Translations under genes and position numbers: made by a program
The notes under the pieces: model-generated
The model's database searches: none
The model's input: the letters and a program-made list of their open reading frames with translations, nothing else
Told to the model about the DNA's origin: nothing
In this document: positions 35,642 to 45,819 of the stretch, one piece after another
Layout of the letters: every line of letters starts with the position of its first letter
How positions within the stretch are numbered: position 1 is the first letter of the stretch
Source: a virus
DNA: 64,000 nucleotides
IMG/VR virus record: IMGVR_UViG_3300050192_000013
Location: 3,705-67,704 of that record
Direction: 5' to 3' (one strand)

Positions 35642-36583
35642 ATGCTAACTTCGCAAAACGTCGCGGAAGCGATTGTTAAGCTGGTAGCCGCCGAAGCCCT
35701 TGCTCCGATTGTGGGTAACTTAGTCCTCGGTGGACTGGTTAACCGCGATTACGAACGCACGCTGGCCCAGGCCGGGGATACCGTTAACATCGCCATTCCG
35801 CCTATTATGGCGGCAAACGTCATTGGTGAGGGCGGCACGGTTACCAACCAGCAGCCAAATCTTGGCAACGCCCAGATCGTGCTTAACACGCACGTTGAAT
35901 CGACCTTCTCGATTCCCGACGTAACCAAGGCCATCGCCGTACCAGACTTGCTGCAAACGTATGTCCAACCGGCGATTATCGCGATTGCCGAGAAGATCGA
36001 AACGGACATCCTTTCGCTGTACTCCAACTTCACGGCCAACACCCCAGTCGGCTCCGCATCGTCCATCACCGAATCGTTTATCGACTCGGCTGAGACGGCC
36101 CTGTTCACCGCTAAGGTTCCAACGAACCAACCAAAGTTCCTACTGGTGAGCGCCGGTACCTTTTCCGCGATGCGCCAGATTTCGCGCTTCACCGAATTCC
36201 AGACGATGGGTTTTGCGGCCGGCGGTCCTGGCGGAACGAACGGTATCGAGACCGCTAACATGGCCGGCGCTGGTCCGATGGGCGCAAACGGGAAAATCAA
36301 GGACTTCCTTGTATTCCGTTCGCAGTTTGTGCAGAAGCCTTCGACCACGACCTACAACATTGCGTTCGCCCGCGACGCCATCGGCTTGGCGATTCGCTCT
36401 CTCGCGCAGCCGATTCCCGGCACTGGCGCGGTCGCAGCGTATACCGAAATGGGTAACTTCGGGCTTCGCATCATCATGAGCTACGCGCCCAATTCGCTCG
36501 CGCAACAGTTCACCGTCGATTGCCTGTATGGTGTTGCGGTCATTCGTAACAACTTCGGCATCCAAGTTCAGAGCAATAACTAA
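35642..36583 (+). CDS. Major capsid protein (HK97 fold, P22-coat-like)
   Basis: LVNRDYE..LA..GDTVNI.IP; A..AIAEKIE.DI; NIAF.RDAI.LA.R.L; D.LYGV.VIR. Confidence 0.88.
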   Translation: MLTSQNVAEAIVKLVAAEALAPIVGNLVLGGLVNRDYERTLAQAGDTVNIAIPPIMAANVIGEGGTVTNQQPNLGNAQIVLNTHVESTFSIPDVTKAIAVPDLLQTYVQPAIIAIAEKIETDILSLYSNFTANTPVGSASSITESFIDSAETALFTAKVPTNQPKFLLVSAGTFSAMRQISRFTEFQTMGFAAGGPGGTNGIETANMAGAGPMGANGKIKDFLVFRSQFVQKPSTTTYNIAFARDAIGLAIRSLAQPIPGTGAVAAYTEMGNFGLRIIMSYAPNSLAQQFTVDCLYGVAVIRNNFGIQVQSNN

Positions 36584-36614
36584 TCGCAACCGGGAGAAAT
36601 AGGAAAAAACAACC

Positions 36615-37085
36615 ATGGCAATTCTACAGATGGAAGAAACAGTTAACCCGGCGACGATGACAAAGAACCAAGCATACTGGTTCGCTATCAAACAGAAGAC
36701 CACGGAACTGAAGAAGTTCGCGTGGGATTCCGCCACGGACGAAGAGCGAAAAGAGAATCGCGTTAACGACGCGGTTTTCATCACATCCGAAGAGCTAACG
36801 GATCGCGGCATTACGGCGGGCAGTGTGTGTGACATGTCGTGTCACGACGCGGCCAAGCGTATCGTCGAAAAGACGCATCGGCAATCGACGCCGGAAGAAA
36901 TCGCTGGCTTCAAGCGCGCCCAACATGAGCGCGGTCGGCGGTTGCGCGAAGACGACCAGCGGATCGCGGAAGCGGCCGGCAAGGTCAGTTACACGCAGTT
37001 CGCGCCAGAGACTATCGCGGTTCTGGCAGGCCTTGCCCAGCCCGGCAAGGGCAGGACGCAACAGGCACAAGGAGGCAATAACTAA
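36615..37085 (+). CDS. Hypothetical head-module protein
   Basis: RBS GGAGA/AGGA; the TH RLAT.EE-type motif is shared with 37547-38230. Confidence 0.6.
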   Translation: MAILQMEETVNPATMTKNQAYWFAIKQKTTELKKFAWDSATDEERKENRVNDAVFITSEELTDRGITAGSVCDMSCHDAAKRIVEKTHRQSTPEEIAGFKRAQHERGRRLREDDQRIAEAAGKVSYTQFAPETIAVLAGLAQPGKGRTQQAQGGNN

Positions 37086-37471
37086 TGGCCGTACCGACCG
37101 ATATCACGACTGGCGTACAGACCGTAACCGCAACAGGTGCGGTCGCGCCAACTACGGGACTGGCGATTTCCGGGTATACCGGAGATGTGACGCTGTGTCT
37201 CGAAGTAACCAACCTCTCGCAGGTATCGGGCACTGCATCCGCCCGTATCCAGTTCGAGGATTCGACCAATGGCTTTACCGCCGCTACCGCCCTGTGGGTC
37301 TTCGACGTGCCGACCGGGACAACCTATCAGGCATCCACTCGCGTATCGAAGCGCAAGTACGAACTACCGAACAACCAGTTCGGCGTATCGAGCGCAGTGA
37401 TTCGCGTCAACGTTACCGCGCTGGCCGGCACTACGCCCAGCCTGTCGCTGCACGCTTGGCTCGAATCGTAA
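37085..37471 (+). CDS. Putative capsid decoration/beta-rich virion protein
   Basis: Thr/Ala/Val-rich; RBS AGGAGG. Confidence 0.55.
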   Translation: MAVPTDITTGVQTVTATGAVAPTTGLAISGYTGDVTLCLEVTNLSQVSGTASARIQFEDSTNGFTAATALWVFDVPTGTTYQASTRVSKRKYELPNNQFGVSSAVIRVNVTALAGTTPSLSLHAWLES

Positions 37472-37546
37472 CAAGCGCTGCGTGATTTCGGGCCGCGTTT
37501 ATTAGCGCGGCCCAGTGCTTCCAGATATTGACCAAGGAGAATCACT

Positions 37547-38230
37547 GTGGAAACCATCGAAACAAGGACCGACGAACAGCCAGTCAAGACAGTAACTACC
37601 CGCCACGAATCAGCGGTTGAATTCCTACTGCGATGGGTGCGCGACAAGCAAGCCGACAATCAGTGGGCCGATCAGGCGCAACATCACCTGAACGGCATTT
37701 TCGACGTGCGCTCGAAAGCGGTTGCCGAAGACTATCACGGAAAATTCGGCGCAGAGGGCGTCTATGTCGCCTCACTTCCGCGCCAGGGACAGTCCGGCCC
37801 AGGTGGCAAGGTAACGATGGCGACCCACGAAGCCGCCGCTCATATGGTGGTCGAAGGTTCGCACCGACTCGCGACCGGCGAAGAGGTTGAAGTAGCCAAG
37901 CGAGAGCGGGATATCAACAGAGATGCACTTGCCGCCGAGTTGAAGGAATCCTTCAAAGGCACGCCGGATAACCCCGGAGTCGTTGGCGACGTGTTCATCG
38001 CCACGCTACAGGCCACGCCAATGCAAGTGTCTGCCGTAGGTCCGGACGAAGCCGCCGCCAAGATCTCGGCCGGAACGCATCGCCGCGCTACTGGTGCGGA
38101 AACGGAAGCGTTCAAACTCGGCAAGCTGGACGCTCCACCGACGCCGTTCCTGTTTAAGTCCACACCTACACCGCCGAAGCCACCCGCGCCACCTGTCCCG
38201 TTGGTACCGCCTGCGCCGCCGCAGAGGTAA
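37547..38230 (+). CDS. Hypothetical head-module protein with Pro-rich tail
   Basis: RBS AAGGAGA; two H R.ATG.E repeats. Confidence 0.55.
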   Translation: METIETRTDEQPVKTVTTRHESAVEFLLRWVRDKQADNQWADQAQHHLNGIFDVRSKAVAEDYHGKFGAEGVYVASLPRQGQSGPGGKVTMATHEAAAHMVVEGSHRLATGEEVEVAKRERDINRDALAAELKESFKGTPDNPGVVGDVFIATLQATPMQVSAVGPDEAAAKISAGTHRRATGAETEAFKLGKLDAPPTPFLFKSTPTPPKPPAPPVPLVPPAPPQR

Positions 38231-38242
38231 GGAGATAACTTC

Positions 38243-38449
38243 ATGGCCGCATCCGTCAGTGGGTCGAAGACTTGCAGCACCACGCTATCGCCAAGCCTAA
38301 CGGCAAGCACTCTTACTACGTTGCTGGCTGTCGCGCCAGAGAACATGACACTAAAGCAAGTGCATCAGCTTAACGATGCGCTTTTACGCGTGAAGGGCGG
38401 GGGCGAGATGTTGGACGGCATTACTACCGTTGGGTCGCTGCTCTCTTAG
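38243..38449 (+). CDS. Hypothetical protein
   Basis: RBS AAGGAGA. Confidence 0.45.
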   Translation: MAASVSGSKTCSTTLSPSLTASTLTTLLAVAPENMTLKQVHQLNDALLRVKGGGEMLDGITTVGSLLS

Positions 38450-38922
38450 AACGCGCGTTTAAAGCGTTCCTTCGCCTTATTGAGAAGTTGCATCGATTCG
38501 GTATCGCCTCCGTGGTCCGGGTGATACCGCAACGCGGCAGCGCGAAAACCAGCTTGAAAGATGGCGTTAATAATATCCTCCGGACTGTCCGATTTGTTAA
38601 AGCAGGGTGCATTGTCCGGAATAGGCATAGTGCTAGGCGGAGCCCGTTTTTCAAGTTTGGAAATCTTCGACAGTGCATCAGATAGGTGCTGGCTCAAAAA
38701 GGCTACTTGGCTTACGGCACCAGCGAACTCGCGTTGCACTTCTGCGACCTTGGCGCGAAGTCGAACAATAGCATCGTCCTTCACTGCGATCTGCGCCGCG
38801 TGTATCCGCAGCCCCTCGGCAACGCCAGCAGCGCGCGTTTCCCTGAGCAGCAGATCCATCGCGTTTGCGTTAGGCGCGTTGTTCATCTGGAACAGAAACG
38901 GGCTTCCGATGCTTTCAGCCAT
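38446..38922 (-). CDS. Coiled-coil protein with C-terminal J-domain (DnaJ-like)
   Basis: GFRAAALRYHPDHGGDTESMQLLNKAKE (HPD motif); extended -10 TGaTATTAT lies 6 nt before the ATG. Confidence 0.75.
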   Translation of the reverse strand: MAESIGSPFLFQMNNAPNANAMDLLLRETRAAGVAEGLRIHAAQIAVKDDAIVRLRAKVAEVQREFAGAVSQVAFLSQHLSDALSKISKLEKRAPPSTMPIPDNAPCFNKSDSPEDIINAIFQAGFRAAALRYHPDHGGDTESMQLLNKAKERFKRAF

Positions 38923-38936
38923 GGCTTTATAATATC

Positions 38937-39965
38937 ATGCTGTTTAACGATTACGACCCGGTATGCGGCTTAGACCTTCAGGTGATCGACCCTGAAGTAT
39001 TAGCCGTGGCTGCGGTCGAAAACATCGTAGTAGATGGTCCCGCATCCATTACCCGCGAGACCGTTGAATCGTGCGGCCACGACATCATGGCGCGATTCCA
39101 GAACTTCAGCGGATACTTGCTTTCTCCGGGAGTGAACCTTAACCATCAAGCAGCCGTAATGAACATTCTCACGACGGCCATTTCGCGTCCGCGCATGAGG
39201 TTAAATCAGGTGGTTGTGATGGAGCCAGATCCATCGCTGTGCATGATGCATCGGTGGGTTAAGTTCCGCGTCCTGAAAGAGATTTATGCGGCAGCGTTTC
39301 GCCGCTTCAATAAATCAGCGGATCGCTATCAGGCGAAACGGGATGCATGGGACGAAGAGGCTACGAAATGCTGGCGTCGGATTGAATCTCAAGGCGTGAG
39401 TGTTGTCCTGATTCCGCTTCCGGTTCCAGGTGCCGTACGTGAGTTCAATGTCGGCACGTTCACGCAGTCGAATGTGAGTATGGGCGGAAGTGGCTCTGCC
39501 GATCCAGGTGCCCAGCAGTATATCGTTGCGATTACATGGACAGGTTCGCAACCATACGGGCAAGGCTACCAGAACCCATTGACGAAGAACAACAGCGAGA
39601 GCGGATGGTCCGCAATCATTTCCGTCAACAGCACAGTCGGGCAAGTCATCTCCGTAAGCATCGCCAATCTCACCCCGCCGAACAACGCCAGCTTCCCTGC
39701 TATTGGAACGGCTGCTGGCCTCTACACTGTAATGTCGGCCACTGGGTGGAATATCTACGTGGGACAATCTCCGGTAGGACTAGGTGCTGCGCCAACCGGG
39801 CAGCCGAGTATCAACACGCTGTGGTTGCAGAATTCCACGCCGATTCCGATTGCTACTACAAGTTTTACCCTACCGAATGCGCCGATTGGGAATACGTATC
39901 CGTTGCAGCCCGGACAAACTCCCGATTATAGTTTTGCGTGTATGAATGTCCTCCAGCGGGCGTAG
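38937..39965 (+). CDS. Putative head-tail adaptor/virion protein
   Basis: Position; helical N-domain ending D.Y..K...W plus beta-rich C-domain. Confidence 0.5.
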   Translation: MLFNDYDPVCGLDLQVIDPEVLAVAAVENIVVDGPASITRETVESCGHDIMARFQNFSGYLLSPGVNLNHQAAVMNILTTAISRPRMRLNQVVVMEPDPSLCMMHRWVKFRVLKEIYAAAFRRFNKSADRYQAKRDAWDEEATKCWRRIESQGVSVVLIPLPVPGAVREFNVGTFTQSNVSMGGSGSADPGAQQYIVAITWTGSQPYGQGYQNPLTKNNSESGWSAIISVNSTVGQVISVSIANLTPPNNASFPAIGTAAGLYTVMSATGWNIYVGQSPVGLGAAPTGQPSINTLWLQNSTPIPIATTSFTLPNAPIGNTYPLQPGQTPDYSFACMNVLQRA

Positions 39966-39977
39966 AAGGAGTTATGA

Positions 39978-40682
39978 ATGCGTAAAACAATCGCTCTACT
40001 ATTCGCGCTTGCCGCGTGTTTGGCAGCACAAGAAACGGTAGACCACAGGAATGCGCAGCAAACGTTTCCAGTGCGCGTTAGCCAGGCAACTCCAGGCACA
40101 TGCACGCAGTATGAGTGGTACATCAACGCTACGACTGGCCTTACATATCCATGCATCGCTCCGAACGTTTGGGGTAACCCATTTGGTGCAAGTAATGTCG
40201 TCACTCAACTGACCGCCCCAACGTCCTCGATCAGCACAGCAGAGACAGCGATCCTAGCCTACAGCGTTCCAGCCAACGCGCTTAACGTCGGGACGACCTA
40301 CGGAATCCACTTCAGCGCCACTGTGAACGATGCCTCGACGCCATCCGGCACGCTGACCTATAACGTTCGGTTTGGAACCACGACTCCGCCGTCAGGCAAC
40401 ATCGTGGCCACGCTACCGATCACGCTAAGTACGACCGTATCGAGCCTGAGCGCCACGCTTGGCGTCGATTGCTACGTGACCGTGATAACTACCGGCTCCA
40501 GCGGCACCGCCGGCGGGTGGTGCAACGGCTACGGCGCTGGCGGCGGATACTCCAACGTCACGACTTCCAACGTCACGATAGACACCACGCAGATTCAAAA
40601 CCTTCAAGTAACTGGCGTTCTTAGTGCTGGTGGTCCAACGACGACCGTGTACGCTGGGTACGCGGCGCTAGTGAAGCAATAA
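39978..40682 (+). CDS. Signal-peptide-bearing beta-rich protein
   Basis: MRKTIALLFALAACLAA/QE; P.TCT..EWYI.....YPC.A.N.W motif. Confidence 0.6.
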   Translation: MRKTIALLFALAACLAAQETVDHRNAQQTFPVRVSQATPGTCTQYEWYINATTGLTYPCIAPNVWGNPFGASNVVTQLTAPTSSISTAETAILAYSVPANALNVGTTYGIHFSATVNDASTPSGTLTYNVRFGTTTPPSGNIVATLPITLSTTVSSLSATLGVDCYVTVITTGSSGTAGGWCNGYGAGGGYSNVTTSNVTIDTTQIQNLQVTGVLSAGGPTTTVYAGYAALVKQ

Positions 40683-40687
40683 CCCGA

Positions 40688-41530
40688 ATGCCGCTAGACG
40701 AAATCAACGGGCGATACGGCAAGTACTTGGACTCCATGACGCTTGCGTTCCAGAATCATCTTAAGGACATCATCGCCAAAGCGCAGGCGAAGGTAATCAG
40801 TAAACTCCAGCGAGACCTCAAGATAACGGATGGCGTCCTCGATTCAGTCCCGAGTAACCTGCGGCTCTTGCGGCAGTTCGACGATATCTTCGCGCAGGCG
40901 ATGGACGACGCTGGCTATCAGCAGTTAATCGAGGCGTTCGTCTCGCGATTCCCCGGTCAACTGCGATTCATGCAGGAGATTATCTCAGATCTAAATGACT
41001 CCATCAAGCGTAAGTTGATTCCAGAGAAGGTAACGGCGGCGACTAGGGATATCCTCAATAGCTTCCAGGTGAACGCAACGCAAGTATTGGAATCACTAGT
41101 CACGCGAGCCGCGCAAATCACGATGAACCGCACGCTATTCGCCGTGGCGGGGATGGAGTTTGGCGACCTCGTATCGCACATCGCAAAGACGTTTGACCGC
41201 TCGCTAGCGGAAAGCGTCGGATTAGCGGAAACCTCATCGTCCATGTTCCTTAGGATTGCAATGAATGGGCAGTTTGATGCCGCGCAAAAGGGGCAGAATG
41301 AACCGCTGCGTTTTGAGTATAGCGGGCCGCGCGATCTGCTAAACCGCGAGTTCTGCCGAAAGATGCTTGATAAGACACGTGCTGGGGAATCATGGACGAA
41401 AGAGGAAATCGAAAAGATGGATAATGACCAGGGATTGCCAGTATTTACTTGCGCGGGTGGATTCAGATGTCGCCACCAATTCATTCTGGCCGTAGCGGCG
41501 CTGCAATCGTCCGAACAACAGGCCGCGTAA
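40688..41530 (+). CDS. Minor head / head morphogenesis protein (SPP1 gp7-like)
   Basis: C-terminal YSGP.D..NR.FC...L ... GGFRCRHQF. Confidence 0.7.
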   Translation: MPLDEINGRYGKYLDSMTLAFQNHLKDIIAKAQAKVISKLQRDLKITDGVLDSVPSNLRLLRQFDDIFAQAMDDAGYQQLIEAFVSRFPGQLRFMQEIISDLNDSIKRKLIPEKVTAATRDILNSFQVNATQVLESLVTRAAQITMNRTLFAVAGMEFGDLVSHIAKTFDRSLAESVGLAETSSSMFLRIAMNGQFDAAQKGQNEPLRFEYSGPRDLLNREFCRKMLDKTRAGESWTKEEIEKMDNDQGLPVFTCAGGFRCRHQFILAVAALQSSEQQAA

Positions 41531-41743
41531 ATGCCATTAACTGTCTATCCCAACCACCGCGTACGGCGCGTCTCAATCGCGGACATCCGCGAAGCGCTGC
41601 AAGCGCTACAAGATCTGGACGTGGACGTGGACGACATTCCGCTGGACAAGACTGTTCGCGAGTTAATCGTCATGGCGAACACCGCGACGCGTGAGGCGCA
41701 ATTCGGCGTGCACGTGAATCTACGGGAACTTCTCAATGGCTGA
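41531..41743 (+). CDS. Hypothetical protein
   Basis: Coupled ORF. Confidence 0.45.
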   Translation: MPLTVYPNHRVRRVSIADIREALQALQDLDVDVDDIPLDKTVRELIVMANTATREAQFGVHVNLRELLNG

Positions 41744-42500
41744 CGCAACGTTTACCGGCACTGGTGGTCAATCTGCATCCGCTGTCGTACGTCGGCTAAT
41801 CGTTGCGGCGCAGCCTACCGCTGGCGATTGCCTCCTGGCCGGCCAGATTGGCAGGTCGCAAATCCGCAGGCGCACGCTGGCAGGAGAAAGCGCAGATGGT
41901 GGCAGTTTTGCTCCGTACTCCGAAAAAGGGCCCTATTACCTCTACGTGAATAGAGATGCGGTGGGCACGCGCGGCGCTGCTGCGCTTAAAGCCCGCGCTA
42001 CGGCGTCCAAGGGGCGCTGGAACGCGTTGAAGCTAGGGAAGCAGGCTAATAGCCTATCCGGCGCATCAATCGCGCGTGGGGCTATTTACGGCGCTTCCCG
42101 TACTCCACTGGGCATCAAGTTTGCTTCTTATGCAGCAGCCAAGGCAGCGCACGGTGGCGACACGGTCAACCTGTACGGTATGGAACAACACAGCCACCTT
42201 TTAGATGGAATTATCGTCAAGGCCGGAAGCGCCACGTCGGACCCCACGCATGAAATGGCAGATATGGGATTCTCGATGAACGAGGCTTCGATGCTGAATG
42301 CGGTCACTGCGTATAACGAGCCATGTGCTGAGTTTATGATCGGAGTATACGACGAGCGTGCCGCGCGTGGCCGCGGCCACAACGAAGGTACGCGCACCCT
42401 ACCACGTCGCCATTGGCTTGGTCTGAATGACGTGGATATGCTGATTATGAAGGGGACGATAGTAAAGCGCCAGCAAGCGCGGATTATGGGTCGAACATGA
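41736..42500 (+). CDS. Neck/virion morphogenesis protein (Mu gpG-like)
   Basis: G..FAPYS; HNEGT..LPRRHWLGL. Confidence 0.65.
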   Translation: MADATFTGTGGQSASAVVRRLIVAAQPTAGDCLLAGQIGRSQIRRRTLAGESADGGSFAPYSEKGPYYLYVNRDAVGTRGAAALKARATASKGRWNALKLGKQANSLSGASIARGAIYGASRTPLGIKFASYAAAKAAHGGDTVNLYGMEQHSHLLDGIIVKAGSATSDPTHEMADMGFSMNEASMLNAVTAYNEPCAEFMIGVYDERAARGRGHNEGTRTLPRRHWLGLNDVDMLIMKGTIVKRQQARIMGRT

Positions 42501-42810
42501 CCGCCGTCGAATCCACCACCGAACTAATGGAGCGCGAATTACTCGCGGCAGGATGGAAACGTCGCCGCGCTACGCTTTGGGAGTCGCCGTGGGGTGGGTG
42601 GTACTTCGGTCCATACGGCGCATGGAAGGTAATGAGGCAAGTTGGTTAATATGTATCGCTGTCCGCATTGCCACGGCCAACTTCAGCAACTAGGTACCGC
42701 GAGTAACGGCGCGTGGACTCCAGAGAATATTTGGCGCTGTCAAGAATGCAAATACGGCGCTAATCGATTCGAGATTCATGATGGTGCTCCAGTGAAGGCA
42801 GACGTATAAA

Positions 42811-43401
42811 ATGCCAAAGATTGGGTTCGTGGTTCGCACAGACATAGGTCTTCGCCTCGCTGGCGTCCAAGCGGCAGGAAATGGTTTCAACGGCAACTTC
42901 ATTGCTGCGATGTCCACTTACGGACTCGACCCTAGTATTATCGGTTGGCCGTCTGCTGGCATCGATTTTCCAACGAGCGCGATAGATGTTCCTCCAGCGA
43001 AACCGTACAACTTCTTCTATGGCGACGTAAACCCTGATCTGATGGAAGAGTCCACCGCGTTCACGTACCCAATGATGAGTGTGGACGTGGCTACCAGTTC
43101 ACACGCGCCGGGAAGCCAGTCCTACGTAAAGGGCGCTACTTTCGCCGGTCCAGTAGTTGCCGTGATTCGGTTTCATCTGTCGTGGAAGTCTGAAGATGTA
43201 CCGCGAAACTTGGCCGCATGGGGTGATGCTGTCGAGGATGCGATGTTCGGGACGATAACCAATCCGAATTACCAAGACTGGACATTAAATAATGTGTTTG
43301 GAGGCCCACTCATGCTAACGCGAGGGCCGATTACGGGCGACGGCGAAGGACTGCGGCGCAGTTACTTGTTTCAGGGAACGTGGAACATGGTGGTAGCGTA
43401 A
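42811..43401 (+). CDS. Putative tail terminator/completion protein
   Basis: Position before tail tube; YP.MSV.V motif. Confidence 0.55.
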   Translation: MPKIGFVVRTDIGLRLAGVQAAGNGFNGNFIAAMSTYGLDPSIIGWPSAGIDFPTSAIDVPPAKPYNFFYGDVNPDLMEESTAFTYPMMSVDVATSSHAPGSQSYVKGATFAGPVVAVIRFHLSWKSEDVPRNLAAWGDAVEDAMFGTITNPNYQDWTLNNVFGGPLMLTRGPITGDGEGLRRSYLFQGTWNMVVA

Positions 43402-43414
43402 AAGGAGAATCACA

Positions 43415-43720
43415 ATGGCACTGTATCGACAAATAGGCGGCGAGTTTCAAATCCTCGACACGCAAATCCAAGGCGACCGCGTAGGGCAGACATTCGATAT
43501 CGACCCAGCGATAGCGGAAAAGGCCATCATCGAAGGCGCTTCCATGTTGCCGGAAGAGACCGCCTCGCAAATCATCACAGAGGAAGACTGGAAGCAGCAC
43601 GACACTGCGGCGAAGTTGGCGAGAGCCAAGCCAGACTTCCAGGACAAGTTGCGCGCGGCGCGAGTCGCGCACTACGAATACAGAAACGGCTTAATCGCCG
43701 CGATTAACAAAGGAGAATAA
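43415..43720 (+). CDS. Hypothetical protein
   Basis: RBS AAGGAGA. Confidence 0.55.
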   Translation: MALYRQIGGEFQILDTQIQGDRVGQTFDIDPAIAEKAIIEGASMLPEETASQIITEEDWKQHDTAAKLARAKPDFQDKLRAARVAHYEYRNGLIAAINKGE

Positions 43721-43724
43721 GCCC

Positions 43725-44813
43725 ATGCCGAATTTCAACACTCCGCGCACAGAACGACTCTTCGCCCAAATCCAATCTGGCGGTCTTGGCATCGTCAACA
43801 ACACCGCTGGCGCTTGGACTTCTACTGGAGCGCAATTGCTCCGCGTCAACGACGGCAGTTCGTCGCTCATGGCGAATATCCCGCTCACTCCGCAGGATTG
43901 GAAGACCGGCACACGGTCGAACCTGCCGGGTATTTTGGGGCGCAAGTCCGGTTCTTGGTCGCTGAATAACATTCCAATCGCCCCCGCTGGTACTGCCGGT
44001 ACCGTGCCAGACGTAGACGCGCTATTGCAGAGCGTGTTTTGGCAGGCGGCAACGGTCAGCGCGGGGATAAGTGCGACGTATACATTCTCAGACAGCACGC
44101 CGATACCGATTACGCTGCTGAAGTTCGCGCATAACGTCCCCACGCTAACCGAAAAGATTATCGTTGGCGCGAACTGCGAACAGGCGACGTTTACGTTCAA
44201 CCAGAATACTTTTGAGGGCTCGTTCTCCGGTACGGCATTCTACGAACTGGATAACGACAACTTTTCCAACGAAGACACGATTGGGCAGGCAGGTCTAACC
44301 GCATTCCCGACCGAACCTGGAAGTCCTTCGATTCATGGAGCGATCATCCCTGGCTTCCTTGGACAAGTAGCCTACGCAACCGGGACCACTGTTCCAACCT
44401 TCGGAACGAATCCGCTGAATCCTACCACTGCGCCGATTATCGGCATGAGCACCACCATACGAACCGGCAACCTGCTCTATAACGACGGCATTTACTTCGG
44501 CTATCCGATTCTGCAAGGCGGCGGCGCTCGCATGATCGACGTGGCGACGGACTTCATGGATACCGACGCGGCGGCTTTGATTGCGTTGAAAAACATGGCG
44601 AAGACCAAGACAGTGGTAAATCTTGGTATTCAAATCAGCAGCACGGCAGCGGGCGCGGCTGGCTATACCGTAACATTCTACTTCATGCAGGTACAGTTGA
44701 ATATCCCGGAAATGAAGGACGACACCGCGCGTATCCGCACATCGTTTGCCGCATCCCCGGCGCACGCCACGACAGTTAGCGCTACTAACGATTGCAGTGT
44801 CGTTTTCTCGTAA
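43725..44813 (+). CDS. Major tail tube protein
   Basis: 362-aa beta-rich protein upstream of chaperone and TMP; no sheath gene nearby. Confidence 0.75.
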   Translation: MPNFNTPRTERLFAQIQSGGLGIVNNTAGAWTSTGAQLLRVNDGSSSLMANIPLTPQDWKTGTRSNLPGILGRKSGSWSLNNIPIAPAGTAGTVPDVDALLQSVFWQAATVSAGISATYTFSDSTPIPITLLKFAHNVPTLTEKIIVGANCEQATFTFNQNTFEGSFSGTAFYELDNDNFSNEDTIGQAGLTAFPTEPGSPSIHGAIIPGFLGQVAYATGTTVPTFGTNPLNPTTAPIIGMSTTIRTGNLLYNDGIYFGYPILQGGGARMIDVATDFMDTDAAALIALKNMAKTKTVVNLGIQISSTAAGAAGYTVTFYFMQVQLNIPEMKDDTARIRTSFAASPAHATTVSATNDCSVVFS

Positions 44814-44820
44814 AGACTTT

Positions 44821-45471
44821 ATGAACTATCGCACAACAGTTACAGTACAATCCAAGATCGCTCCAGATATAGCGTACGTCATCCGCAGGTTATCCGCTCC
44901 CGCTCGATTCGATATCGAGATGGAGAACCTTTCCATCTTGCAGCGGCAGCAGGAATGCCGCGCAATGTATCCTCCAGTGACCAGCGAGGAAACTAAACTG
45001 TATTCGCAGTTGAATCTGGCGAATCAGGCAATGAAGCGAATTTCGCCTGACGACACAGAGGCGGTTGACAGGTTGGTAGTTGAGGTTGGAGAGATCCAAC
45101 GGGCGCTTGGTGCGGTAGTGCCGCAAGATGTAGCCAAGGCTCGCGCACCGCTCGACGTAGAGCTACAGCGATTGGTCAACAAAGAAAAGCCTGCGTACGT
45201 CAGAGCCGCGCTGATCTCCGTATCAGGTTTGGAATTTGACGGTGCTCCGGTAACACCTGAATCGTTCCTGAAAAGCGCTCCCAGCGAATTGTTCGATGAG
45301 GTGTACGGATTCATTATGGAGCACGCTTCGCTGACACAGGAAGAAGCAAAAAACTCGCTGTCGCTTACCAATTCGGTAGAAGTGCCTCGGCAAGCGACCT
45401 CCAGTACCGTTGGCACTGCGGAAACTGTAGAGCCGAAGCCCTCCACATCAGTCATGAGCGCAACTGTCTGA
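44821..45471 (+). CDS. Tail assembly chaperone (G)
   Basis: Between tube and TMP; ends ..EEAKNS.. at the slippery site. Confidence 0.75.
   Translation: MNYRTTVTVQSKIAPDIAYVIRRLSAPARFDIEMENLSILQRQQECRAMYPPVTSEETKLYSQLNLANQAMKRISPDDTEAVDRLVVEVGEIQRALGAVVPQDVAKARAPLDVELQRLVNKEKPAYVRAALISVSGLEFDGAPVTPESFLKSAPSELFDEVYGFIMEHASLTQEEAKNSLSLTNSVEVPRQATSSTVGTAETVEPKPSTSVMSATV
45348..45354 (+). promoter_or_regulatory. -1 programmed ribosomal frameshift heptamer A AAA AAC producing chaperone GT
   Basis: X XXY YYZ in the correct phase. The -1 frame is open without stops from here to 45818. Confidence 0.8.
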
Positions 45472-45488
45472 AGTATTTCGCGCGAGAC

Positions 45489-45818
45489 GTGGAACCTCAA
45501 AAGGGCGAGCGGTGGATTCCAATACACACCACGCAAACCGTGTCGCGTGTTTCCGGTTCGCGACTGCGCTACGTGGATCTTCCGTACTACATCAACGAAT
45601 TAGAAATCAACGAATGCCCGATGTCGTACATCACAGAGAAATCGCGCAGGCTCGTGAATATCGTAATGGGTATGAATAAGAGTCACGACCAAATCGGCGC
45701 AATTGTGAACTTGGATGAGACGCCAGGATTAATTGTGGATGCGGCGCGCGAGATTCACCGGCAGGGAATACTCATCGAGAATGCCCGCATAGAAGCGGAG
45801 ACGGCGGCGGCAAGGTAA
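45489..45818 (+). CDS. Tail assembly chaperone T segment (frameshift extension)
   Basis: Continuous with the -1 frame from 45348; CP.SYIT motif. Confidence 0.7.
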   Translation: MEPQKGERWIPIHTTQTVSRVSGSRLRYVDLPYYINELEINECPMSYITEKSRRLVNIVMGMNKSHDQIGAIVNLDETPGLIVDAAREIHRQGILIENARIEAETAAAR

Positions 45819-45819
45819 C

